DNA of 64,000 nucleotides, from the IMG/VR virus record IMGVR_UViG_3300023210_002494; one strand, written 5' to 3'. This DNA comes from an uncultured virus (IMG/VR IMGVR_UViG_3300023210_002494) (taxonomy: Duplodnaviria > Heunggongvirae > Uroviricota > Caudoviricetes). Within the stretch, counting starts at the first letter, position 1, and each line of letters opens with the position of its first letter. Positions 39,013 through 47,868 of this stretch are shown here, one piece after another. A program made the position numbers and the translations under genes. The notes beneath the pieces were generated by a model. That model was not told where the DNA came from and did no database searches. It was given only the letters and a program-made list of their open reading frames with translations.

Positions 39013-39043
39013 CAAAGATAAATAAAATTAGTGAATAAACAAA
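39013..39043 (-). promoter_or_regulatory. Consensus Bacteroidota housekeeping promoter
   Basis: Minus strand TTTG (39040-39043)-N19-TATCTTTG (39013-39020), 4 nt before ATG 39008. Confidence 0.75.
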
Positions 39044-39064
39044 ATTAATTTGTATTTATATTAT

Positions 39065-39928
39065 ATGGGAAAAAATATTATATTAACGGAAAAACAGTTA
39101 TTAGTGATTAATAACGTTTTAACTGAACAAAAAACAGACCCAACTAACTTAAGGGCATACTCTTTTGATTGGGATGATAACATAATTAATATGCCCACCA
39201 CAATAAAAATGTTAAAAAATAATGGGGGTAATTGGGAAAAGTTTGATGTTGGTACAGATGAGTTTGCTACTATACGAGACAATAATCAGTATAAGTTAGA
39301 TGATGGTGCTTTTAATAACTTTATAAATGACGACAGTTTTATTGTTGATTTAGAAAAAGCTTTAAAGGATAGTTCTTACGCTCCCTCATTTGATAAGTTT
39401 AAAGAAGCTTTAATTTACGGTAATCCAATATCAATAATTACAGCTAGGGGACACAAACCCGAAACACTAAGAAAAGGTATGGATTTAGTAATTTCTTATA
39501 CTTTTACTGAAAATGAATTATCTGACATGGTAGATAACATACAACAACAGATACCAGAATTAGATGGGACCAACCCAGAACTAACACTAAAGACCTATCT
39601 AGACTCACAAGAGTACCACCCAGTGACCTCAAATGAATTTACTGATAAGTTTGGTCTTGAGAGGGGTTCAGCGGCTAATCCGGAAGAAAATAAAAAAATA
39701 GCATTAAGAGATTATGTAACTAAAATAGTAGACAAAACTTCTGAAATGGTTAGTACAAAATATAATAAACTTTCTGTTGGATTTAGTGATGATGATTTAG
39801 GTAATATAAACGCTATAATACCCTTTATAAAAGAGGTATTACAAATAGAATTTCCTGATGTTGAGTTTGTAGTATACGACACTTCAGAAGGAGGAATGAA
39901 CAAAATAATACTAAAACAAGTAAATTAG
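39065..39928 (+). CDS. HAD-superfamily phosphatase-like protein with N-terminal tag
   Basis: FDWDDNI (motif I), IITARG (II), K (III), GFSDDD (IV); TATTTATA at 39053-39060. Confidence 0.7.
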   Translation: MGKNIILTEKQLLVINNVLTEQKTDPTNLRAYSFDWDDNIINMPTTIKMLKNNGGNWEKFDVGTDEFATIRDNNQYKLDDGAFNNFINDDSFIVDLEKALKDSSYAPSFDKFKEALIYGNPISIITARGHKPETLRKGMDLVISYTFTENELSDMVDNIQQQIPELDGTNPELTLKTYLDSQEYHPVTSNEFTDKFGLERGSAANPEENKKIALRDYVTKIVDKTSEMVSTKYNKLSVGFSDDDLGNINAIIPFIKEVLQIEFPDVEFVVYDTSEGGMNKIILKQVN

Positions 39929-39950
39929 AACATTTTTTTCATTACCGTTA

Positions 39951-39958
39951 TATTTATA
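39951..39958 (+). promoter_or_regulatory. TATTTATA putative late promoter of the tail tube gene
   Basis: 36 nt upstream of ATG 39995, A-rich leader. Confidence 0.55.
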
Positions 39959-39994
39959 GGTATAATAAAAAAGTAAAAATTAAAATTAAAAGAT

Positions 39995-40483
39995 ATGGCT
40001 GACTTATTAATGAAAATGCCGATACCTTACGAACCAAAGAAAAAGAATAGATTTATTCTAAGGTTCGATTCTTCTTTAGGAATCAATGAATGGTATGTAG
40101 AGAGCACTTCAAGACCACAAGTAACAATTAACTCTGTGGAGGTACCTTTTCTTAACACATCTACTTATGTAGCTGGTAGATTTGTGTGGAATACAATAAA
40201 TGTAACATTTAGAGACCCAATTGGACCATCTGCTTCACAAGCATTAATGGAGTGGGTTAGATTACATGCAGAGTCGGTAACAGGAAGAATGGGTTATGCT
40301 GCTGGATACAAGAAAAATATTGACTTGGAGATGTTAGACCCAACAGGTGTTGTTGTGGAAAAATGGATAATGCAAGGATGTTTCTTAACTGATGTAAACT
40401 TCGATAGTTTAGGGTATAGTGATGATGGTTTAGCTACAATATCTGCTACTTTAAGACCAGACAGGTGTATATTAGTTTACTAA
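39995..40483 (+). CDS. Tail tube protein (T4 gp19-like)
   Basis: EPKKKNRF, YVAGRFVWNTINVTFRD, YKKNI-x-LEMLDPTG-x-VVEKW-x-x-x-GCF; 162 aa, downstream of the sheath. Confidence 0.85.
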   Translation: MADLLMKMPIPYEPKKKNRFILRFDSSLGINEWYVESTSRPQVTINSVEVPFLNTSTYVAGRFVWNTINVTFRDPIGPSASQALMEWVRLHAESVTGRMGYAAGYKKNIDLEMLDPTGVVVEKWIMQGCFLTDVNFDSLGYSDDGLATISATLRPDRCILVY

Positions 40484-40502
40484 TAATAATTTAAATAAAA
40501 TT

Positions 40503-40528
40503 AAAAAGTCCTAAGGGGCTTTTTTTTT
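40503..40528 (+). terminator. Intrinsic terminator after the tube gene
   Basis: AAAAAGTCC-TAAG-GGGCTTTTT hairpin with a 9-T run. Confidence 0.65.
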
Positions 40529-40644
40529 GCTTAAACACTTGACTTTATAATTAGAAATACTCAAGCTTTATATATAAAATAATATAGCAATATTTACTAA
40601 TAAAATAAAAGCTATATAATTAAGCTATATAAAATATATAATTT

Positions 40645-41406
40645 ATGCTAGAAAATAATTTAAGGCCAGATACAGAAACAATTTTACCGTATGACGTAGT
40701 AACACTACCTTCAGAGGGTATATTCTATAAAAATAAGAAAAAATCTGTAAAAGTAACCTACCTTAATGCCTCAGACGAAAATCTATTAGCTTCACAATCA
40801 CTTCAGGGTAGTGGAGATTTAGTAAATCAACTAATACTTAAAAAAGTTTTAGATAAGGATATCCAAATTAGTGATATGCCAGAATGTGATAAACAAGCTA
40901 TTTTGGTTTTTTTACGTAACACAGCTTTTGGGTCTGATTACTCAGTTAAATTAAAAGACCCAAAAACAGGGATTGAATTTGAGACCACCTTGGACTTATC
41001 TATTTTAAAAACAAGAGATGTTACAATAGAATTGGATGATAAAAACGAATTTGAGTTCTACTTAGAAAAATCTAAAAAGAAATCAAAACTAAAGTTTTTA
41101 ACACCTATTGACCAAGAAGACCTAAGAAAAATTGACGAGTCTCATAAAAATGACCCAGTAAATCCATTTATGACAAAACAACTAGAAAAAATGTTAGTTG
41201 AAGTAGATGGTACAAGAGACCGAATGACAATTGCACAGTTTATACAAACCATGCCTATTAAAGACGCTCAAGACGTTAGGAAAATGGTCAAAAATAATAC
41301 CCCAGCATTGGATTTAAATGTTACGACAACCACACCATCAGGAGAAGAAATGAAAGTATCAGTTTCATTGGGTGTTGAGTTTTTTCGTCCTTTCTACGGG
41401 CTATAG
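40645..41406 (+). CDS. Baseplate hub assembly / tail chaperone (T4 gp26-like)
   Basis: VTLPSEGIFY, LNASDENLL, DKQAILVFLRNTAFG; position between tube and tape measure. Confidence 0.65.
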   Translation: MLENNLRPDTETILPYDVVTLPSEGIFYKNKKKSVKVTYLNASDENLLASQSLQGSGDLVNQLILKKVLDKDIQISDMPECDKQAILVFLRNTAFGSDYSVKLKDPKTGIEFETTLDLSILKTRDVTIELDDKNEFEFYLEKSKKKSKLKFLTPIDQEDLRKIDESHKNDPVNPFMTKQLEKMLVEVDGTRDRMTIAQFIQTMPIKDAQDVRKMVKNNTPALDLNVTTTTPSGEEMKVSVSLGVEFFRPFYGL

Positions 41407-41581
41407 GAATGCCCTGTTGTCAGAGTTTTACTTCTTAATGAGACACCTACATATACCATATACTGACTTACTACAAATGCCTACATTTGAAAGAAGATTC
41501 TACATTGGTAAACTAGTAGAAGAATTTGAAAAGAAAAATCAAGCTATCGAACAAGCAAAAAACAAAAGTAAAAACATATAA
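41380..41581 (+). CDS. Tail chaperone C-terminal extension, possibly reached by frameshift
   Basis: +1 frame overlapping the previous gene end: FFVLSTGYRNALLSEFYFLMRHLHIPYTDLLQMPTFERRFYI; first in-frame ATG is only at 41438. Confidence 0.55.
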
Positions 41582-41612
41582 TTAACTATTTATATAGAAA
41601 TAGTTTAATATT

Positions 41613-43523
41613 ATGCCAAAGATAGGTGATGAAAAAGTAAACAATGGTGTAAGACTATCTTACACTAAGAATAGTAAGTGGGAACCAGTAGGGTACCCAC
41701 CCGATAATAATAGAGGACCTCAAGCAGAAGGTTTTGGTAAAATACCAGAACAGCTGGCACAAACCAGAACACCAAAAGACTCACTCAGTTTTTCAGACCT
41801 AGAAAAATTCCAAACAGCAATTACAGCTATCGGTACTGATACCACCTCTATACAAGATAACATGGGTGTTATATTAGATATGTTAGCTTTAGAAGATACT
41901 TTAAGGGTAGACATCTCTAAAAGTATTGGAATGTCTAACGAACAGTTATTTGACACTATTAATGAGTTAAATGAAGCTGGTGAATCAGCTTCAAGATTTG
42001 CATTAACAGTAAATGATTTATTTACTACATTTAAAGAGATAACACTAGAGGTTGGTAGAAAATTAAGAATTTCACCTGAAGTAACAGAAAGAGCAGCATT
42101 ATTAACCAAAACACTAGAAGGTTTTGACGCTTCAGATTTTGCTAAAGGATTTGACGATATAGGTTTTAGTTTAGATAAAGCGATTGGTGGTGTGGATGAA
42201 TCAAATAATGCCATGAGTGAAATACTTGAGACTGGAAGAGGGTTTGGTGTGGTGATGGAAAAATTCCTAGGAAACGTAACATCCCAACTTAAGTTAGTTA
42301 ATACCTATGGATTTGAACGTGGTGTTGAAGGTTTAGCTAGAATGGTAGCTAGGGGTCAGGCACTAGGATTAGAAATGAGTACGGTAACTTCATTAGCCGA
42401 CAAATTCTTTGACCCAGAAGGTGCGATTGATTTTGCAGCACAAATGCAAGTAATAGGTGGAGCTGTTGGTGATTTACAAGACCCATTTAAACTAATGTAT
42501 ATGGCTACTAATGACCTAGAAGGTCTACAGGAAGCCATAATAGATACTGCTGCAGCTGCAGTAACTTTTGATGAAGACAAAGGTAAATTTGTAATATCAC
42601 CTGAACAAAGACGACAGTTAAAAGATATGGCGGAAGCTATGGGTATGTCGTACCAAGACTTAGCTGATACAGCTGTTAAATCAGCAAGAAGAGCAGAGGC
42701 TTTTTCTGAAATGGAATTTTTAAACAATGTAACAGAAGAAGATAAAGAACTTATAGCTGGCATGGCTCAAATGGGTGAGGGTGGTGAAATGCAAGTTAGA
42801 ATACCTAGTTTAGACAAAATGGTGGATTTAGATTCACTAACAGCTGAAGAAATAGGTGAGTTAAAAACTGTAGGTATGACCGACAGTCAAGTTTATGCAC
42901 AACAACTTACAGTCGCAGAAAAAGCAAATCAATATTTAGCTACAATTGATACTGGAATAAGAAAACTAGTAAGGGAAGGTGGTGGTGATACTGAAGGGAT
43001 GGTAATGGCCAGTTTATCACAACAACTTGGAGAAAGTATGGAATTACTAACCACTAAACAACTAAATTTGATAGGGGAGGGTAAAATGAAAGAATTCCTA
43101 GCAGATTTTTCAGCAAATCCACCCACAGGTATAACGGATGAATCAAGTAAAGCTATATTAGATGGTTTACAAAGAATGGGAATAATTACACCATCACAAA
43201 ATCCAGCAATCGAAGCTGATGACTTTATTTTAAGACCAGGTCAGGCACCAGTAAAATTTAATGAGGGTGACCTTATATTAGGTGGTACAGAGTTAGATGG
43301 TGGACAAGGGGGTGATATAACCAATAAAATCAATAATGTTAGTAATAATATGAGTACCACCCCTAGAGTGCAAGGACAAACCGGGCCAATAGAACTTACA
43401 GGTACGTTAACTGTTAAAGGTGAGGGAGAAAACGCGACAGTAAACGTTAAAAGATTACTCTCACAATTAAGTTCAGGTGACTTACAAAACCTAAGCATGA
43501 TGCTATCCAACGCAACAGCATAA
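41613..43523 (+). CDS. Tape measure-like protein
   Basis: Helical A/G/E/Q/M-rich 636-aa protein after tube and chaperone; DDFILRPG near the C-terminus; TATTTATA at 41587-41594. Confidence 0.65.
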   Translation: MPKIGDEKVNNGVRLSYTKNSKWEPVGYPPDNNRGPQAEGFGKIPEQLAQTRTPKDSLSFSDLEKFQTAITAIGTDTTSIQDNMGVILDMLALEDTLRVDISKSIGMSNEQLFDTINELNEAGESASRFALTVNDLFTTFKEITLEVGRKLRISPEVTERAALLTKTLEGFDASDFAKGFDDIGFSLDKAIGGVDESNNAMSEILETGRGFGVVMEKFLGNVTSQLKLVNTYGFERGVEGLARMVARGQALGLEMSTVTSLADKFFDPEGAIDFAAQMQVIGGAVGDLQDPFKLMYMATNDLEGLQEAIIDTAAAAVTFDEDKGKFVISPEQRRQLKDMAEAMGMSYQDLADTAVKSARRAEAFSEMEFLNNVTEEDKELIAGMAQMGEGGEMQVRIPSLDKMVDLDSLTAEEIGELKTVGMTDSQVYAQQLTVAEKANQYLATIDTGIRKLVREGGGDTEGMVMASLSQQLGESMELLTTKQLNLIGEGKMKEFLADFSANPPTGITDESSKAILDGLQRMGIITPSQNPAIEADDFILRPGQAPVKFNEGDLILGGTELDGGQGGDITNKINNVSNNMSTTPRVQGQTGPIELTGTLTVKGEGENATVNVKRLLSQLSSGDLQNLSMMLSNATA

Positions 43524-43556
43524 AAAGAAGTAGCATTCTATTTATTAAAAAAGAAA

Positions 43557-46433
43557 ATGGCAACACCAAACAATTCTAGTTCACAAAATCCTTATGGATT
43601 AGGCAATTATAAAATATCTATTGCTAGTACAGAAATTTTAAGAAAGTTTTTGTTGGGAAAAAATTTGCAAAGTTCTTATATGGCGGACTCAAACCCAACG
43701 ACACCATCTTTTGGAATACAAAAACCAGGAACCACAAACTATAGTTACTTATCTGATAAATTTGTAATAGACCAAGATACAGTATCTGAAGGTGGGACAA
43801 AACCACAAACCAATTTATTTTTAGATAATAAATATGGTCCAATGGGTGGTTATAGGGATGTACAATTAATTGATGTTGATAAAGTACTACCTAGAACAGG
43901 ACAAGGATATGTCGCACCAAATACTGTTACACCTCAGTCATTTGTATCGTCTAACTATACACCAGCTGAAATACTAGAAACGGTAAACATAACTAATGGG
44001 CTCGTTAATACATTAAACAATAAAATTTTAAATGATAGTAAGTTAACTGAAGTATCAGCTGGTCATTTACGTAGAAACCTAGGGAGTATACAATCCCAGT
44101 ACGATTTTGATATTAGTGTGGATGGGTCATCTGACTCTAACATTAGTAGAACACCAGGAGATAAAATACTAGAGGGTACGGACTTCATGTCCAGAATAAC
44201 CAATCTATATTATGGTTACTCTAGCATTCCAGGAAACTATTTCCAAACAACATTTGTACCAGATATAAATGCTTTACAATTAAATCAGATTAATTATGTA
44301 GGTGGGTTGGCTCCAAACATAACAGCAACTGCAAACGCCATACAAAACTCAATATTTTCAAACGGACTAGGCATACCAACTAGCCCGACTAATATGCCAA
44401 TTCCTAGTGATATATTTTTACAGTATGCTGGTGAAGAACAACAATCATCACTATTCCAAGCTTTAAAATATAATATTTACAGACCAGATTATAGTAAAGT
44501 ACCATTACCTAGTAATATAGAAAAGGTAGTACCATTCTATTATGTTGGCTCTAAAGAATCAGAACCAGGAAAAATACAAAGTCCATTAGACGCTGTACCA
44601 CAAGACGAATTTGGTAGAAGTACTGGAGCTTTGGTATATGGACCATCAACACTGGCAAAAGAATTAGAAACAGTAAATGGAAGAGCTACTTGGTTATTCC
44701 AAACTTTTGGTCTTATGGGTAAGACTTATATGGATGGTGGTGGTTTATCAGCTGGGTGGACTTGGTTTGGTAACAAATCTTTTGCGTCTTTAAATGCACC
44801 ACCACAAATGTTAACTACAAAATCATCAGAAAAACCCAAAAGAAAAGGTGGTTTATTAGACGAAACACAAAAACTTATAGATTCCGCACCATTAATGGGT
44901 GGTGCAAGAAGAAAACACGCTGGACATGCAATAGACCAAACATCTAAAATATTTAATGATGGGTACAAAAATATATCTAAAGGTTCTGGGGTTAAATTTG
45001 TAGACGAAGGTATTTTTGGTTCATTACAAGAAAGAGAATTCTGTCGTACCTGGACCAAAGATAACCCATATTATAAATTTAATAATATGGTTAGGTTTAA
45101 AGGTAACCAACTAGGTAAAGAAAGTTCTGTGTTAAATGATACATTTAATTTAAACATAGCTCCTAATATGGGTATAAATGTAGATACGGAAGCAAAAGAA
45201 AAAAATGTTAAAAAATATATGTTTTCTATTGAAAATTTAGCTTGGAGGGGGAGTGAAGAGTTACTAAACCTGCCAAAGGCAGAGAAAGGGCCAAATGGTG
45301 GAAGGATTATGTGGTTTCCACCATACGACATAAGTATTGGTGATACAAACTCAGCACAATGGAATTCAATTAACTTTTTAGGTAGACCAGAACCAGTTTA
45401 CGCTTATAACTATACTGAAAGAATTGGGACATTAGGTTTTAAAATTGTAGTTGACCACCCATCTATATTAAACGCTATAGTACAAAAAGAACTAGCTAAA
45501 ACACCAGACGGTGTTGCTGATGCAGCTTTAGAAGCTTTTTTTGCTGGATGTAAAAACTATGATGTTTATGAATTAGCTGAAAAATATGAATTTTTAACAC
45601 CAGACGAAATAAACCAAGTTTTAAATAGTAATGAAACCAACCCAACACCACCAAATACAGACCCAGGTCCTGACAATGCTGTGGAACCTACAGATGAAAA
45701 CTCAAGTGACCCAAAAACATTCTGGGATACTTGGACAGAAACTGTAGCCGAAGGTGGTGGGGGTGTAACAGAAGAATTTAAAAACACACTTAAAAACAAT
45801 ACCACAAATCAGGAAGAAAATCAGGCTAAATTAAAAACTAAAATTTTAAGTAAGTTGTTGGGTGAAGAAAATTATTTTAAACATTTAGAAACTACTGATG
45901 AATTTTTATATAGTTCTTTAAAAAGAAAATTACAATACTTTCATCCATCATTCCATTCTACAACACCAGAAGGTTTAAATAATAGACTATCTTTTCTATT
46001 ACAATGTACTAGACCAGGAAAAACCATCCCAACACAAACAGAGGGAGGGTTAGAAAACTTAGACGCTGAAAATACGGCTTTTGGTGCACCACCAATATGT
46101 GTTCTTAGAGTAGGTGATTTTTACCACACAAAAATAGCTATAGATTCTGTTAGTTTTAGTTATGACCCATTAATATTAGATTTAAATCCAGAAGGGATAG
46201 GTGTACAACCTATGATAGCAACGGTCTCACTCAACTTTAAATATATCGGAGGTCAAGGACTTAAATCACCAATCTCACAATTACAAAATGCTTTATCTAA
46301 CAATTATTTTGCTAATACAGAAATGTATAACCCTAATAGTTTAGTTAATACTGGTGACGAACCAGAAGAGTTTAATAGTTATGATTGGATTACAAATAAA
46401 GCGACTGATAAAATAAATGATTGGTTTTCATAA
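43557..46433 (+). CDS. Large baseplate/tube-initiator-like structural protein
   Basis: W-x-x-INFLGRPEPVYAYNYTER and PPICVLRVGDFY...QPMIATVSLNF resemble tube-fold baseplate proteins; TATTTATT at 43539-43546. Confidence 0.55.
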   Translation: MATPNNSSSQNPYGLGNYKISIASTEILRKFLLGKNLQSSYMADSNPTTPSFGIQKPGTTNYSYLSDKFVIDQDTVSEGGTKPQTNLFLDNKYGPMGGYRDVQLIDVDKVLPRTGQGYVAPNTVTPQSFVSSNYTPAEILETVNITNGLVNTLNNKILNDSKLTEVSAGHLRRNLGSIQSQYDFDISVDGSSDSNISRTPGDKILEGTDFMSRITNLYYGYSSIPGNYFQTTFVPDINALQLNQINYVGGLAPNITATANAIQNSIFSNGLGIPTSPTNMPIPSDIFLQYAGEEQQSSLFQALKYNIYRPDYSKVPLPSNIEKVVPFYYVGSKESEPGKIQSPLDAVPQDEFGRSTGALVYGPSTLAKELETVNGRATWLFQTFGLMGKTYMDGGGLSAGWTWFGNKSFASLNAPPQMLTTKSSEKPKRKGGLLDETQKLIDSAPLMGGARRKHAGHAIDQTSKIFNDGYKNISKGSGVKFVDEGIFGSLQEREFCRTWTKDNPYYKFNNMVRFKGNQLGKESSVLNDTFNLNIAPNMGINVDTEAKEKNVKKYMFSIENLAWRGSEELLNLPKAEKGPNGGRIMWFPPYDISIGDTNSAQWNSINFLGRPEPVYAYNYTERIGTLGFKIVVDHPSILNAIVQKELAKTPDGVADAALEAFFAGCKNYDVYELAEKYEFLTPDEINQVLNSNETNPTPPNTDPGPDNAVEPTDENSSDPKTFWDTWTETVAEGGGGVTEEFKNTLKNNTTNQEENQAKLKTKILSKLLGEENYFKHLETTDEFLYSSLKRKLQYFHPSFHSTTPEGLNNRLSFLLQCTRPGKTIPTQTEGGLENLDAENTAFGAPPICVLRVGDFYHTKIAIDSVSFSYDPLILDLNPEGIGVQPMIATVSLNFKYIGGQGLKSPISQLQNALSNNYFANTEMYNPNSLVNTGDEPEEFNSYDWITNKATDKINDWFS

Positions 46434-46444
46434 AAAATTAAAAA

Positions 46445-47545
46445 ATGACAGGGACAACTAATTATAAAACTACTTTAAATACCTTTGTTGGTAGTAGTAA
46501 AGCCTATGGACTAGATGTTAAGAATAGAATACAAAATTTATTTTTATACAATAGTATGGGTTTAGTAGAAGAATTAATGTATTCTAGAAATTATCACGAA
46601 GGTATGTTAGGTGGTAACAATAGTATTGGTGGTGGGGTAACAAACTTAGTGGGTATACCAAAAGACTTACTAGACAGGGTATCAACCTACTACACAACAT
46701 TAAAAATAGCTATTAGTAGTGAAACAACAACAATACAAACAAACTTTAACACCTTATCACCAACAGATAATGAAAAACTATATATAAAAGAGTTGTTAAA
46801 TAAAGTATTAGAAAATCAATTTGAATATATAAACAATAATTTAATATCCGTAGTTAATAGTTTAAGAAAGTTACAAAATAATTTAAGTACAACAGCAGAC
46901 AAACTAAATTTTATAACAGTAAATAATTACGATGGGTATTTTCAAAACACTTTTGGTGGGATAGTTGTGGTACAACAACTAACATCATCAACCACCACAC
47001 TAATACAAGCATACACAGCAGATAGTGCAAGTATAGGTAATTATATTAGTGAATATGTTAATCCAACATTTAATAGAGATTACCCATCAGGTAACGAATA
47101 TATTTTCTTTTCCAATCATATCTACACAAATAAGAGTTTATTATTTACTTTTGATGGCAATTATGAGAACGAATTAAAAAAATTAATAAGATTTAGAGAT
47201 AGCCAACTCTATGATAATTTATTGAAAATAGACGAAAGTGGGTTTAAAGGTATAAAAGTAAAAACTAAAAGAGGGTTTGAACCATTGTTAAATGACATAA
47301 TTAGGGGTTGGATTGGTTATGACCTTAGGTTTTTTAATTCTAGAATAACTAATGGTATCGTTGCTGGTTATGAAGTACTAGATGGGCAATTAAGTAATTA
47401 TACTAGTGACTTTAATGTTGAGTTTGGTATAACAACTGGAACAACAGCACAAAACCTAGTTAGGGATAATTTACGTCAAAGACAAGGGGGTGTACCAGAT
47501 AATAAATTTAATTTTAAATTGGAAAGACAATTACATATTAGTTAA
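46445..47545 (+). CDS. Hypothetical structural protein
   Basis: 366-aa ORF inside the baseplate operon. Confidence 0.55.
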   Translation: MTGTTNYKTTLNTFVGSSKAYGLDVKNRIQNLFLYNSMGLVEELMYSRNYHEGMLGGNNSIGGGVTNLVGIPKDLLDRVSTYYTTLKIAISSETTTIQTNFNTLSPTDNEKLYIKELLNKVLENQFEYINNNLISVVNSLRKLQNNLSTTADKLNFITVNNYDGYFQNTFGGIVVVQQLTSSTTTLIQAYTADSASIGNYISEYVNPTFNRDYPSGNEYIFFSNHIYTNKSLLFTFDGNYENELKKLIRFRDSQLYDNLLKIDESGFKGIKVKTKRGFEPLLNDIIRGWIGYDLRFFNSRITNGIVAGYEVLDGQLSNYTSDFNVEFGITTGTTAQNLVRDNLRQRQGGVPDNKFNFKLERQLHIS

Positions 47546-47550
47546 AAATT

Positions 47551-47868
47551 ATGAGTTACTATAATAGATATAATGAGTTTATTGTTAATGGTGATTATAT
47601 AATGGTACCAGGCATAAAACTAGCACCAAAATCTAGTGATAGACAAGTGGTATATAAAACTGGTAAAAGTAGATTAGATAAATTTTCACAACAATACTAC
47701 GGTTCACCATACTATGGTTGGTTAATTATGCAGTCTAACCCAACATTTGGTGGACAAGAATGGAATATACCAGATGGTACAATAATAACAATACCATTCC
47801 CATTAATGCAATCACTAGAGGACTATAAATCAAAATTAGACCAACACTTCCTCTACTATGGCAGATAA
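47551..47868 (+). CDS. LysM-like baseplate wedge protein (gp53-like)
   Basis: RLDKFSQQYYGSPYYGWLIMQSNP...IPDGTIITIP. Confidence 0.75.
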   Translation: MSYYNRYNEFIVNGDYIMVPGIKLAPKSSDRQVVYKTGKSRLDKFSQQYYGSPYYGWLIMQSNPTFGGQEWNIPDGTIITIPFPLMQSLEDYKSKLDQHFLYYGR

